Below are positions 18,740-29,046 of a stretch of DNA of 64,000 nt, in pieces. Every line of letters starts with the position of its first letter. The first letter of the stretch is position 1. Below the pieces are notes generated by a model, which saw only the letters and a program-made list of their open reading frames with translations, ran no database searches and was not told the origin of the DNA. The stretch is from Candidatus Poseidoniales archaeon (lineage in GTDB: Archaea > Thermoplasmatota > Poseidoniia > Poseidoniales > Thalassarchaeaceae): assembly GCA_012960975.1 (NCBI GenBank), contig DUAE01000055.1, positions 41,143 to 105,142 on the forward strand. The letters run 5' to 3'. A program made the translations under genes and the position numbers.

Positions 18740-19948
18740 ATGGTCGAAGGTTGGAGTCGTTTTGCGCTCCGTTTTGGAGATTATTATCGTTCCAAAACAA
18801 TAGATGATATTTGGACTCCACCTAGATTTAAAAACCGTGAATGGATGTTTATCCCTTGGGGCAGTAAACCCCCTGATAGACACCGCGGATTTAGAGAAAA
18901 GAAAGAATTATTGCAATATTTACAGCAAAGAGGACCCCATTCATGTTTTCACAGTACTGCATATTACGATTCACCATCAGAAAGAAAAATGTCCGAAAAA
19001 GGTTGGAAAGGTGCAGATCTGATTTTCGATTTGGATGGAGATCATTTACCAGGGGTATCCGATAATGATTTCCCAACGATGATTGAAAAAATTCAGGAAC
19101 AAGCTTGGACTCTATGGTCAGAATTTTTATTGCCTGAATTTGGTTTTGATGAAAAATATATACAAACCTCATTTTCTGGTCATAGGGGGTTCCATATTCA
19201 TTATAGGAATCCAGGATTGTTACATCTTGATTCAAATGCCCGACGACAACTCGTCAATCACATTAGGGGGGAGGGAATAAATGTCCAAACTATCCTTTCA
19301 GGACCCCAGTCAAGTTGGCAAAATCGCATTCACAATGGGATAGAATCGATAACAACTAAATTGAATATTATAGACAGTGGGGGAGTGCAAGCAAAAGACA
19401 CTCTAGAAGAATTACATAATATTATTGAAAAAAGGAAAAGCGCCCACGGCTTTTCTGTAACAAAATATTCAAAAAATAGAATTAAAGAATTAGCAGAATC
19501 AGCATCCGATAATCGAAGAATTTCTCGCTTGATGGATGACAATTCACTAAGAGTATTCGGTGATCAAAATACATCTATTTTCTGGGAACTGATCAAAGGC
19601 GATACATCTGTAGTTCTCGGTAACGCAGGTGAGACAGACGAGAGCGTAACTGTGGATACGAAAAGGGTAATACGTTGGATAGGGAGTCTACATGGTAAAT
19701 GTGGATTGAGAGTTACTGAAATGCCTCTAGAAAGGCTTAATCCCGATGGAGCCAATCCATTTAATCCATTATTGGAATCAACTGCATTTTCTTCTTCAAA
19801 AAAGTTTGATGTCACAATTAATCGCGATGATGTAAGGATGGAATTAGGCAATGAATTAGTTGAGGGGAGTATTGGGAAAACATTCAATGTCTCCGAAGGA
19901 ATGGCCACTTTCTTAGTTTTGAAAGGTTGGGGAGTAATTGAAAATTAA
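18740..19948 (+). CDS. priS: DNA primase small (catalytic) subunit PriS
   Basis: ADLIFDLDGDHL and FSGHRGFHIH are archaeo-eukaryotic primase catalytic motifs. N-terminus reads RFGDYYRS...REWMF. Confidence 0.8.
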   Translation: MVEGWSRFALRFGDYYRSKTIDDIWTPPRFKNREWMFIPWGSKPPDRHRGFREKKELLQYLQQRGPHSCFHSTAYYDSPSERKMSEKGWKGADLIFDLDGDHLPGVSDNDFPTMIEKIQEQAWTLWSEFLLPEFGFDEKYIQTSFSGHRGFHIHYRNPGLLHLDSNARRQLVNHIRGEGINVQTILSGPQSSWQNRIHNGIESITTKLNIIDSGGVQAKDTLEELHNIIEKRKSAHGFSVTKYSKNRIKELAESASDNRRISRLMDDNSLRVFGDQNTSIFWELIKGDTSVVLGNAGETDESVTVDTKRVIRWIGSLHGKCGLRVTEMPLERLNPDGANPFNPLLESTAFSSSKKFDVTINRDDVRMELGNELVEGSIGKTFNVSEGMATFLVLKGWGVIEN

Positions 19949-19988
19949 TGTTTTTCAACACTCAATCACAATATGTTGAAGAGTAAGT

Positions 19989-20864
19989 GTGTTCGGAAGC
20001 GGTTTAGTGAGTACTATGGGAGATGATGAAGATGTTCAAAATAGTTCACCCAATTTACCGCCTCCTCCACCCCCTCCAGGAATTTCTTTTCCTCCTCTGC
20101 CACCACCACCATCACCTGATATGCCATTACCACCACCACCACCTGGTTTGAAAATTGAAGAATCGGAATTATCTGATGATATTTTCGAAGAAGTGGCTTC
20201 TGAAATACCTCGTTCGAATGTGCCTGAGGCGCCCCAATCATCTTCAACTGATTTCAATACTCATTGGCAAAATAGAAAGGCAGCGGACCCGACATTATCT
20301 GTTGGTAATAGGGGAAGTATGTATGGGCACATTGATCGTATAGCTTCTGGTAATGTAGGGACATTATTAGACCGATTTTCAGACCGATTCGGTTCAGAAT
20401 TAGATAGGGAAATAATTGTTTTGCGAAAAAAGCAACAACAAGAAATGAGAGAAATAAAACCTACTGTGGAACTAATACAAGCTCCTTCAGAGGATGGACA
20501 ATGGTTTTCACCCGATGAGGATGAGGATAATGAAGCTCCAGATGGTTTAGAGGATAAACAAATGACCGGAGAAAATATTGAGGGAGATTCAGAGGATGAA
20601 TTCGGGGATTTCTTCAATATTGTAAATACATTATTAGGTAATATGCCGGATGATTTTGTCCAAGAATTTATTGAATCAGAATCCTTCATTCTATTCCAAA
20701 ATATTGGGGCGGATCCAGTTAATACTGACGACGAAAAACGTTCAGAATTCTTCAAAATGATTAATTCTGAATTAGGTAATTTACCCGAAGATAAAATTAA
20801 TGATTTTGTCGCTTCACCAGATTTTGAGGTTTACACCAGAATCGGTGCTATTTACGGAGAGTGA
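19989..20864 (+). CDS. Proline-rich, highly acidic hypothetical protein
   Basis: An N-terminal polyproline tract (PPPPPPPGISFPPLPPPPSPDMPLPPPPPG) is followed by a D/E-rich body and two tandem ~35-aa C-terminal repeats (LGNMPDDFVQEF... and LGNLPEDKINDF...). Confidence 0.5.
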   Translation: MFGSGLVSTMGDDEDVQNSSPNLPPPPPPPGISFPPLPPPPSPDMPLPPPPPGLKIEESELSDDIFEEVASEIPRSNVPEAPQSSSTDFNTHWQNRKAADPTLSVGNRGSMYGHIDRIASGNVGTLLDRFSDRFGSELDREIIVLRKKQQQEMREIKPTVELIQAPSEDGQWFSPDEDEDNEAPDGLEDKQMTGENIEGDSEDEFGDFFNIVNTLLGNMPDDFVQEFIESESFILFQNIGADPVNTDDEKRSEFFKMINSELGNLPEDKINDFVASPDFEVYTRIGAIYGE

Positions 20865-20868
20865 AATA

Positions 20869-21651
20869 ATGGGACTTCTAGAAAAAGCAGATAATATCAA
20901 ATCGTCTGAACCCGGAACAAAGACGGCAGTAAAGGTAACACCAGCCCAAGCACCTAAGGTAAAACCCGATCCTACGCCTGCTCCAGTCAAATCTAAAGTT
21001 AAGCCCAAAAAGGCTCGGACGAAGAAAAAGAGAGCAAAGAAACAGAGAGTCGACAAAGTATTGCCCGAGGGTTTCGAAGAATCTGGTACCGCTAGGAAAT
21101 TTGGAAAATGGTTAATTGATTTAATTGTAAATTATGGGCTAATGTCATTATTGATTGGTTTATTTATTGTATCATATGTGGATATTACTTGGCCATTAAT
21201 TTTACTTTTACTACTAACGATATTCAATATTGTAGGAATGCCTATTTGGACAGGGCGATCTATTGGGAATTGGATTAGTATGACACAATATATTAATTCC
21301 CGAGGCAATAACCCTATGGTTTTGTTCCACATAATGAAGAATACCAATGTCCCATTTATTTTCTTTGGACTCGTAGCCCTAATGCTTGCTATTTCTTCTG
21401 GCACTGTATGGGGTACTGGAATGAAAATTTTTGTGGCAGGCTCATTACTTCTTTTCATGGTGCCAATCGCGGATCGGTTTTTCCGAAAATTCCATGCTCA
21501 AAATTTCGGTATTTGGGAATACGTATTTGGTGGCGTTTGGCTAGTGAAATCCGCTAAATCCAAAGGTAGTGGTAACGCATTACTCAAGAGATTGGAATCA
21601 TTCAGTGATTTCTCTGAATCAAAGGGATGGATGAATGATAAAGATAATTAA
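20869..21651 (+). CDS. RDD-family-like membrane protein with a Lys-rich N-terminal tail; ORF track start is 20800, the ATG at 20869 avoids overlap
   Basis: KVKPKKARTKKKRAKK is followed by RKFGKWLIDLIVNYGLM...GRSIGNWISM and about three TM helices, resembling RDD domain proteins. Confidence 0.45.
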   Translation: MGLLEKADNIKSSEPGTKTAVKVTPAQAPKVKPDPTPAPVKSKVKPKKARTKKKRAKKQRVDKVLPEGFEESGTARKFGKWLIDLIVNYGLMSLLIGLFIVSYVDITWPLILLLLLTIFNIVGMPIWTGRSIGNWISMTQYINSRGNNPMVLFHIMKNTNVPFIFFGLVALMLAISSGTVWGTGMKIFVAGSLLLFMVPIADRFFRKFHAQNFGIWEYVFGGVWLVKSAKSKGSGNALLKRLESFSDFSESKGWMNDKDN

Positions 21652-22715
21652 TTTTGATCTTCATCGTTATTATCAAATCTAATCTTAGCTAATTCCCTCA
21701 TGTCTTCATGGTGAGTCCCTTCTTTGATTGCTTCCTGATCGGATTCATCAACAATCTCTACACCCAGTAGTGTTTCGATAACATCTTCCATTGTCAATAA
21801 ACCAACAGTGCCACCAAAACTATCTCTTACAACCAACATTTGGGCTTTGTTTTCTAAAAGGATGTCCAATGCTTTATCTACGGATGAAGTCATATTACAT
21901 TGCACAATAGGCCTTATTATTGAATCCATTAAACAATCAAAATTATCCTCTGCAGCCATTTTCAAAATGTCATTCCTCAAAACTAATCCCTGAACTTCAT
22001 CAATATTTTGTTCCTTAAGGACTGGCATTCGTCCATGAATCATAATTGGTAATCTTTGCATTACTGACTCGATTGTTTCCATTGAAGACACAGTTGTCAT
22101 TACAACCCGTGGAGTCATAATACTGCCAACTTCCATTTCCCTTAATTTCAATAAATTTTTGATTACAGTTTCTTCATCTTCCTCAATCACGTCTTCTTCT
22201 TCAGCAATATCTGCTAAGTGTGATAATTCATCACGGGTTACAGCTTCATTGGGCGTTGCAGGTAATAAATAACGAATTTTTTCAATGGGCCAAACAATAG
22301 GAAATAATATTAAAATCAAGATTACCAATGAATTTGCAGATATAATTGTCAATTTCCTCCAGTAAAGAGCCCCGATTGTTTTAGGCAATATTTCACTGAA
22401 TAGTAAAATTGCTAATGTTAGTAATGCGCTAACTACTCCTACACTTGGACTCCCGCTGAGATTTTTTACTTCAGCACCAACACCCAAGGCCCCAACAGTG
22501 TGAGCAATGGTATTCAGAGTAAGAATAGCGGTCAAGGGGCGTTCAGGATCCTCTTTGAAATCAGCCCATTTTATAGCAATTTTAGGATGTGTATCTCTTA
22601 ACGCAACTATGTGGCCATGTGTAGTAGAAAGCAAGACTGCTTCTAAAATGCTACAAATAAAAGATGCTGTTATTGCAAGTAATGCGTACGAAAAAATTAG
22701 TGTGTATTCACTCAA
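21648..22715 (-). CDS. CNNM/CorC-HlyC family divalent-cation transporter (DUF21 plus CBS pair)
   Basis: An N-terminal four-TM DUF21-like region precedes tandem CBS domains (…VQGLVLRNDILKM…) and an acidic C-tail. Confidence 0.7.
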   Translation of the reverse strand: MSEYTLIFSYALLAITASFICSILEAVLLSTTHGHIVALRDTHPKIAIKWADFKEDPERPLTAILTLNTIAHTVGALGVGAEVKNLSGSPSVGVVSALLTLAILLFSEILPKTIGALYWRKLTIISANSLVILILILFPIVWPIEKIRYLLPATPNEAVTRDELSHLADIAEEEDVIEEDEETVIKNLLKLREMEVGSIMTPRVVMTTVSSMETIESVMQRLPIMIHGRMPVLKEQNIDEVQGLVLRNDILKMAAEDNFDCLMDSIIRPIVQCNMTSSVDKALDILLENKAQMLVVRDSFGGTVGLLTMEDVIETLLGVEIVDESDQEAIKEGTHHEDMRELAKIRFDNNDEDQN

Positions 22716-22853
22716 ATTTGGTGCCTCTTAGAGATTATTAAATTAAACTTTCAGATTAACAAGACCATCCAAGTAGTTTGACTCCGTGCCTAACAAAGGC
22801 GATGAAGACATAAACATGTTCCATGCCGACTTTGTATAACGGTAGGTGAATAC

Positions 22854-25037
22854 ATGGAACGAGTGGCAATTTTCATGGCTTGGCCTTATGCTAATGGGCC
22901 TCTACATTTAGGCCATGTCGCTGGCAATTGCTTACCGGCAGATATCCAATATAGGTATGAGAGATCTAGAGGTCGCTCTGTCTTAATGTGTAGTGGTTCA
23001 GATGAACATGGTACACCGATAACCGTCTCTGCCGAACAAGAAGGGGTTGACCCACAGGTAATTGTCGATAGATATCACGTGATTAATACACAAGCTTTGA
23101 TTGATTTAGGTTGTTCATGGGGGGAGAATGTAGACTCCAGGGGAATTGAATTTGGTGGAGCATTGTATAATCGTACTACTGACCCGAGACACAAAGAACT
23201 CGTTCAAGAAAATTTCTCAGAATTATTTGATGCAGGTTTCCTCGAAAAACAGACTATGCAACAATATTGTTCGATTAATTCTGAAGGTATAACACGATTT
23301 TTACCAGATAGATATGTTGAGGGTAAATGTCCTATTTGTGGTGCAGAGGAAGCGCGAGGAGACCAGTGCGATGAGTGCGGAGGGACATATGAATCAAGTG
23401 AATTGATTGATCCTCGTTCAAAGATGGAGCCTGAATCTAAGATAGAAATTAGAGATACTGAACATTTGTTTTACAGATTGGACCTATTCCAAGATGAATT
23501 AGAAAATTATGCTTCTCAAAACCAAACTATTTGGAAACCTAATGTTAGGGCGATGACAAAAAATTGGTTGGATATGGGACTGCGCCCTAGGGCAGTTACT
23601 AGAGATATGGAATGGGGAATCAAACTCCCCTTCGAGGATCCTGATTGGGAATCAAAACGCATCTATGTTTGGTTTGAAGCCGTCCAAGGATACTATACCT
23701 GCGCCAGAATCTGGTCAGAAAAATTCGCTAGTGAATCAGGGGGAGATAATAACTCCTGGAAAAAATGGTGGGAAGTAGATTCGGATGGTATTCGTCCTAA
23801 ACATATCTACTTCATGGGTAAGGATAACATTCCATTCCACACTGTTATTTGGCCTGCAATAATTATGGGTATGAATTCAGTAAAAACTGATACGCCCCCC
23901 TCTTATGTTACTAATGCTGGGGAATATGCCCTAGCTTCTAACGTGCCTTCGATGGAATTTCTTCTGTTACAAGGGGGACAATTTAGTAAAAGCAGGAAAA
24001 ATGGTGTTTGGTTGCCTTCATTCTTAGAACATCATTCGGCCGACTCCCTTAGATATTATCTTTCGATAAATATGCCAGAGGGGCATGATACAGATTTTCG
24101 ATGGAAAGATTTTGTCGACCGTGTCAACAATGAATTAATTGGAACCTATGGGAATTTTGTACATCGCATAATGACTTTAACTCATAGATTACCCTCGGAT
24201 GGTACAAATCCTTTGTTAGAATTCGATCAACCTGCTGCCCATAAAGAATTATTTAACGAAATAGATGATAAATTGCAAGCAGCTATCAATTCTCTTGAGC
24301 GCCAACGATTTAAAGAAGCTCTAAGATCTATCATGAGCATCGCACAATTTGGCAATGGTTTGATACAAAATGCAGAACCTTGGAAGTATCTGAAATCCCC
24401 GTCTTCTCCGGAAAGAACTGATTCATTGAGTAAATTAGCATTGGGTTGGAGAATATGTAAGGGGCTTGCAATTACTCTTAGACCATTCATCCCCTTTCAA
24501 TCAAATAAATTGTGGGAAATGTTAGGTGAAATAGAAGGAATGGACAGTATTCTTTATGAAGATGCGTTCAGTCCTAATCATGTAATACATTGGAATCAAA
24601 GTCCCCCCCAACCTCTATTTCAGAGGCTTGAATTAGACGATATTTTGAAGCGTGAGACCGATATAGCCGAATCAACTAATGAACACACAGAGACCAATAT
24701 GGAGGACGACTATATCGAATTTGAAGATTTTATGAAAGTAGAAATGAAAACTGGGAAAGTAATTTCCGTTGACGATCACCCTAATGCAGACAAATTATTT
24801 GTTGTGACATTAGAAGATGCACCCAACTCAACCCGTACAGTATGTGCTGGATTCAAAGGTATTTATTCCAAAGAAGAATTGATTGGTAAAAATGTTATAT
24901 TTGTAGCCAACTTAAAACCACGAAAATTACGAGGTGTGATGTCAGAAGGTATGTTATTGGCAGCAGATGATGGGGACGGAAAAATCTCTATATTGACATT
25001 TGAAAAAGACATGCCATCAGGTTCACAAGTTAGATGA
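22854..25037 (+). CDS. metG: Methionyl-tRNA synthetase with C-terminal tRNA-binding (EMAP/Trbp111-like) domain
   Basis: WPYANGPLHLGHVAG is the HIGH region. A CPICG...CDECG zinc knuckle and a KMSKS-like FSKSRKNG follow. The C-terminus KVEMKTGKVISVD...LFVVTLE is an OB-fold tRNA-binding domain. Confidence 0.9.
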   Translation: MERVAIFMAWPYANGPLHLGHVAGNCLPADIQYRYERSRGRSVLMCSGSDEHGTPITVSAEQEGVDPQVIVDRYHVINTQALIDLGCSWGENVDSRGIEFGGALYNRTTDPRHKELVQENFSELFDAGFLEKQTMQQYCSINSEGITRFLPDRYVEGKCPICGAEEARGDQCDECGGTYESSELIDPRSKMEPESKIEIRDTEHLFYRLDLFQDELENYASQNQTIWKPNVRAMTKNWLDMGLRPRAVTRDMEWGIKLPFEDPDWESKRIYVWFEAVQGYYTCARIWSEKFASESGGDNNSWKKWWEVDSDGIRPKHIYFMGKDNIPFHTVIWPAIIMGMNSVKTDTPPSYVTNAGEYALASNVPSMEFLLLQGGQFSKSRKNGVWLPSFLEHHSADSLRYYLSINMPEGHDTDFRWKDFVDRVNNELIGTYGNFVHRIMTLTHRLPSDGTNPLLEFDQPAAHKELFNEIDDKLQAAINSLERQRFKEALRSIMSIAQFGNGLIQNAEPWKYLKSPSSPERTDSLSKLALGWRICKGLAITLRPFIPFQSNKLWEMLGEIEGMDSILYEDAFSPNHVIHWNQSPPQPLFQRLELDDILKRETDIAESTNEHTETNMEDDYIEFEDFMKVEMKTGKVISVDDHPNADKLFVVTLEDAPNSTRTVCAGFKGIYSKEELIGKNVIFVANLKPRKLRGVMSEGMLLAADDGDGKISILTFEKDMPSGSQVR

Positions 25038-25565
25038 AGGCTTATCAAAAAATTCCCATTGAAGTTCAGCTAATTCTGAATTCGATGTGGCAGCCGAATA
25101 GGCCTCCATGGGTTCTGAATTTAATTGAAAAAAAGTATCACTAAATCTAAATGGTTTCAGTATACTTCTAGCCTGTTCCCATTTATTGATTAAAACTAAA
25201 CTTAAGGCTAAAGCTTCTGCTGTAGATAATCTACCTGGTTTCCCCCATGATACCGGATTAGCTGCCAAAACTAAAGGTAAAGTTCTACCTTTTAACTTGG
25301 TTTTTTGGTGAATAATTTCTAGTGATTCAGTTAACAATTTCCACGAGCAATCCAAAGCAACAATAGAAGCTCCTTTTTCAATCATTAATTTATCATCAGG
25401 ACCTAATAATAAGCCTGCAGCCGGATCTAAAAGAAATCCTCTTTTGGGAGATTTATAAATATTTGAATGGACATTAGCATGGCCAAACCTTTCTAATTTT
25501 CTAGCTGTACATTTATCGGGGTCGTCTTGATCTAAATGAATAATATGTAGGGGGACTTTATCCAA
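25023..25565 (-). CDS. Tsr3-family 16S rRNA aminocarboxypropyltransferase (DUF367)
   Basis: DQDDPDKCTARKL...LDCSW motifs are present. Length is 180 aa. Confidence 0.65.
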   Translation of the reverse strand: MDKVPLHIIHLDQDDPDKCTARKLERFGHANVHSNIYKSPKRGFLLDPAAGLLLGPDDKLMIEKGASIVALDCSWKLLTESLEIIHQKTKLKGRTLPLVLAANPVSWGKPGRLSTAEALALSLVLINKWEQARSILKPFRFSDTFFQLNSEPMEAYSAATSNSELAELQWEFFDKPSSNL

Positions 25566-26093
25566 TTATTCGTCCCTCCTCGATAAAAGATCTTCAAGAG
25601 CATCTCCGATTGTCATCCCTCTCTTTTTCGACGCCAATACCGAGGTTGATTGACTACTGCGTTCAATATACAAATTTATTTCGAGAATCTTTTCTATTTT
25701 TTCTATCAAAGAATCCGTCGGACGCCCCCCATTCTCAATTTTTTGAATAGAATTTAGTCTTTCATTCATCTTTAGGGCGAAAACACGTTGATCCCACCCT
25801 TTAGCTATTCGACCTTCTCTAATCCTTTTATGGAAATCGGGCGCTAGTTCTTTTTCTTGTTTTGCCATAATATCTTTACCAGAAATACCCCGGCTAGTTA
25901 CGTTATTGAATTTTTTGGGATTAGCCTGTTTATGTTGAATCGGATCCTCAATAATTTTTAAGTGCATTTTGTCAATACAACGATTACACGCTTCTAATTT
26001 TATACCGGTCGCACTGGCTCTGCGCGTGCTAACTTTTTCAGCACCACATAACTCACAAGTCCCCATAATAGGTAGGACGCGTCTCTCGTACAA
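25566..26093 (-). CDS. Archaeal multiprotein-bridging factor 1 (aMBF1): N-terminal zinc ribbon plus C-terminal XRE-type HTH
   Basis: CELCGAE...CNRCIDK forms the ribbon. GRIAKGWDQRVFALKMNERLNSIQKIENG is the HTH. Confidence 0.7.
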   Translation of the reverse strand: MYERRVLPIMGTCELCGAEKVSTRRASATGIKLEACNRCIDKMHLKIIEDPIQHKQANPKKFNNVTSRGISGKDIMAKQEKELAPDFHKRIREGRIAKGWDQRVFALKMNERLNSIQKIENGGRPTDSLIEKIEKILEINLYIERSSQSTSVLASKKRGMTIGDALEDLLSRRDE

Positions 26094-26118
26094 GATTACT
26101 TCGGGTGATAACTGTCAT

Positions 26119-27381
26119 ATGGTAGTAGCATCAGGTCATACCATGACGAGTCGAGCCGATTCTAACTCCCGTCCTGAGAACAAATCTGATTCCAGTAATT
26201 TGAATGACAATTCTCGTCAGCTTTCAATTCTAAAAATTCAAATTGCAGAACTTTTAGAAGATTCCCAACAATTGTTAACAGAAAAATTATTTTTAGAAAA
26301 TGAGATCAATCAGTTAAAAAAGCGCGCGTCTAAGTTAGAGGAAGAGATTAGATCGTTGCGAATGCCGCCAAATATTATCGGATACATACAAGATTTAGAG
26401 GGAGAAAAAGCTATTGTAAGAAGTTCTAATGGCACTGTTTTCATGGTTTCAATCAATCCTACATTGAATAAAAAGAGGTTGAAACCAGGCACTAGAGTAT
26501 CATTAAATCAAGATACTCTGTCTATTATCTCTATTCTCGATGATGCTTTTGACCCCCTAGTATCGAGTACTGAAATTCTGGATGAAACCGGTGTCAATTA
26601 TTCAGATTTAGGTGGCTTGGAACAAGAAATAAAATTGATCAGAGATGCCATTGAATTACCATTTGAAAATCCTGGTGTGTTCAAAAAATTTGGAATCACA
26701 CCACCAAAAGGAATTCTACTTTCGGGTCCACCTGGGACGGGAAAAACAATGTTAGCTAAGGCAGTGGCTAATGCAACGAATGCAACCTTTCTAGGGTTGG
26801 TTGGTTCTGAATTAGCCCAGAAATATATTGGAGAAGGTGGTCGCATGGTAAGAGAATTGTTTGATTTAGCAAGAAAAAAGTCCCCAACAATCATTTTTAT
26901 TGATGAAATTGATGCTATTGGAAGCAAACGACTTGACTCTTCAACATCAGGAGATAGAGAGGTTCAGAGAACGTTAATGCAATTATTAGCTGAAATGGAT
27001 GGTTTTGATGCACTGGAAAATGTTAAAATTATTGCAGCAACAAATCGGCCAGAATTGCTTGACATAGCTTTACTACGACCCGGACGATTTGACAGAATAA
27101 TAGAAATTGCTCTACCTGACTTGTCTGCACGGAAACAAATATTTGATATTCATCTTGCTAATATGCCTATTTCTAAAGATGTAAATAGCAAAAAACTCAG
27201 CATCATCACAAAAGGGTTTAGCGGTGCTGAAATAAAATCAGTGACTATAGAGGCAGGGATGTTAGCAATAGCAGACAATAAAGACAATTGCTCAATGTCT
27301 GATTTTAAATCGGCAGTCATTACGATGGAAATCAAAAAGAAACAGTCAAATCTTTCCGAACCCGACCGATTATATGGATAA
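26119..27381 (+). CDS. pan: Proteasome-activating nucleotidase (PAN, AAA+ ATPase); start moved to an internal Met because the ORF-track start overlaps MBF1
   Basis: An N-terminal coiled coil precedes Walker A GPPGTGKTMLAKAVAN, IIFIDEIDAIG and a second region of homology. Confidence 0.85.
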   Translation: MVVASGHTMTSRADSNSRPENKSDSSNLNDNSRQLSILKIQIAELLEDSQQLLTEKLFLENEINQLKKRASKLEEEIRSLRMPPNIIGYIQDLEGEKAIVRSSNGTVFMVSINPTLNKKRLKPGTRVSLNQDTLSIISILDDAFDPLVSSTEILDETGVNYSDLGGLEQEIKLIRDAIELPFENPGVFKKFGITPPKGILLSGPPGTGKTMLAKAVANATNATFLGLVGSELAQKYIGEGGRMVRELFDLARKKSPTIIFIDEIDAIGSKRLDSSTSGDREVQRTLMQLLAEMDGFDALENVKIIAATNRPELLDIALLRPGRFDRIIEIALPDLSARKQIFDIHLANMPISKDVNSKKLSIITKGFSGAEIKSVTIEAGMLAIADNKDNCSMSDFKSAVITMEIKKKQSNLSEPDRLYG

Positions 27382-27389
27382 GTGATTAA

Positions 27390-28436
27390 ATGTCTAAGCA
27401 TTTGATTGAATGTGTACCTAATATTAGCGAAGGGCGGAACCAGAATATTATTGACGAAATTGTAGAAAGTGCTCAAGGATTTGAGGGCGCCTATGTCCTA
27501 GGTGCTGAACCTGATCCAGATTATAATCGAACGGTCATAACAATTGCCGGCGAACCTGAGGCTGTGCTTAATGCAACTTCCAAATTAATATTAAAATCAT
27601 TCGAATTAATTGATATGAGTAAACATCAAGGGAGTCACCCTCGCATGGGTGCAGTCGATGTTTGCCCTTTCGTTCCACTATCAAATAATTCTAAAGATGA
27701 ATGTATTAGGTGTGCAAAAAAGTTACCAAGTTTAATTCCTAATGTGCCATATTATTTTTATGGTGACGTAGCAACAGATCCGACCAGAATTAAATTATCA
27801 GGGCTGAGAAAGGGCCAATATGAAGGATTAGAATCAAGATTAACAGGTGGAAAATGGGATGAGGAAACAACTCGGTTACCAGATGGATGGTCGGGTGCAT
27901 GGGATGATATTAGCAAAAAATTTGGTGCCATGTCAATTGGTGTGAGAAATGTTCTCGTGGCATACAATATAAATGTCGATGAATTAGATGCTAAGGCCTC
28001 GAAAATTGCAGGCTCAATCATACGTACATCCGGCAGAATCGTCAAAAATTCAAGTGGGAAAAAACAAAGAATTCAAGGTATGCTAAAAGAGGTGCAAGCT
28101 ATGGGGTTAACATTACCTCGCCACAATATATCTCAAGTTTCAATGAATATACAAAATGTAAATATAACTCCAATACATCATACATTTGAAGCTGTAAAAT
28201 CTATTGTTAATGACCATGGAATCTCAGTATTAGGCTCGGAAATAGTAGGTTTAATTCCACTGTCGGCAATCGTTGAGAGTGGTAAATGGTATCACCCCAA
28301 TCCCGATCAAGCTTCAGAATTAGAATTGGTAGATGCCGCAATAGAAGGCCTGGGATTAGAATACTTGTCAGCATTTGACAAAAATAAAAATATTATCGAA
28401 TGGGCAATTAGTGATGAGGTTGGAAAAAATGAATGA
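27390..28436 (+). CDS. Glutamate formimidoyltransferase (FtcD N-terminal-domain homologue)
   Basis: LIECVPNISEGRN is the hallmark of the formiminotransferase domain. It sits immediately upstream of the cyclodeaminase gene and hutU/hutH. Confidence 0.75.
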   Translation: MSKHLIECVPNISEGRNQNIIDEIVESAQGFEGAYVLGAEPDPDYNRTVITIAGEPEAVLNATSKLILKSFELIDMSKHQGSHPRMGAVDVCPFVPLSNNSKDECIRCAKKLPSLIPNVPYYFYGDVATDPTRIKLSGLRKGQYEGLESRLTGGKWDEETTRLPDGWSGAWDDISKKFGAMSIGVRNVLVAYNINVDELDAKASKIAGSIIRTSGRIVKNSSGKKQRIQGMLKEVQAMGLTLPRHNISQVSMNIQNVNITPIHHTFEAVKSIVNDHGISVLGSEIVGLIPLSAIVESGKWYHPNPDQASELELVDAAIEGLGLEYLSAFDKNKNIIEWAISDEVGKNE

Positions 28437-29046
28437 AGGATACATTGAAATCTTAAATAAAATTTCTTCCAAATCTCCAACTCCTGGTGGGGGAACAGTT
28501 GCAGCACTTTGCCTAGCTCATGCCTATTCATTAACTTCAATGGTTGCTAATCTAACTAATGGGAGAGATAAATGGGCATCCGGGCAGAAAATTTCTAATC
28601 AGATTTTATCTAACCATAATTCAAATATAGATAGTGCTTTAGAGTTAGCAAAAAATGATTCTGATTCATTTGATAAATTGATGGAAGCTTATCGTTTGCC
28701 TAAAAATTCAGAAGACGAAATAAATACTAGGAATGATGCAATCACAAATGCGACTCTCGGGGCCACAAATGTGCCATTCGAAACTGCAAAACAATCTCTT
28801 GGTTTATTGGAAATTATACCTGAATTATTAGTCGTTTGTAATCAGAATGCCATTACTGATGCTGCTGGTGCTGCTGAATTATGTTATGCTTCAATAAGAT
28901 TAGCAATTTTAAATGTGGAAACTAATATTAGTGGTTTAATTGAGACCGACAAAAACCATTACTCTATTGGGACAGATATAATCATTAAATCAGCAGATCA
29001 AATAATTAGTAATGTGAGGGACATTATGAATGGAAAGTTGGAGTGA
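28429..29046 (+). CDS. Formimidoyltetrahydrofolate cyclodeaminase (FtcD C-terminal-domain homologue)
   Basis: SKSPTPGGGTVAALCLAHAYSLTSMV is the cyclodeaminase signature. The start ATG overlaps the upstream stop (ATGAATGA). Confidence 0.75.
   Translation: MNEGYIEILNKISSKSPTPGGGTVAALCLAHAYSLTSMVANLTNGRDKWASGQKISNQILSNHNSNIDSALELAKNDSDSFDKLMEAYRLPKNSEDEINTRNDAITNATLGATNVPFETAKQSLGLLEIIPELLVVCNQNAITDAAGAAELCYASIRLAILNVETNISGLIETDKNHYSIGTDIIIKSADQIISNVRDIMNGKLE

Noticed and set aside
18460-18741. 93-aa minus-strand ORF in the mqnD-priS divergent intergenic region
   Set aside because: No recognisable family, and its composition looks like translated non-coding sequence. It would have to start inside the priS promoter region. 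It is kept only as a note.
20060-20150. Short CCTCC/CCACC repeats that could be mistaken for a repeat array
   Set aside because: The repeats are irregular and have no spacers. They lie inside a coding polyproline tract, so they are not a CRISPR or other array.
20036-20257. Gly-rich 73-aa ORF (GGGGGNGISGDGGGGRGG) antisense to the polyproline gene
   Set aside because: It is the reverse-complement translation of the CCN-rich proline tract, a low-complexity artefact.
25969-26118. Upstream extension of the PAN ORF overlapping MBF1
   Set aside because: The ORF-track start would overlap the convergent, divergent-promoter MBF1 gene by 125 nt. Internal Met codons at 26119 or 26143 give a normal PAN N-terminus.
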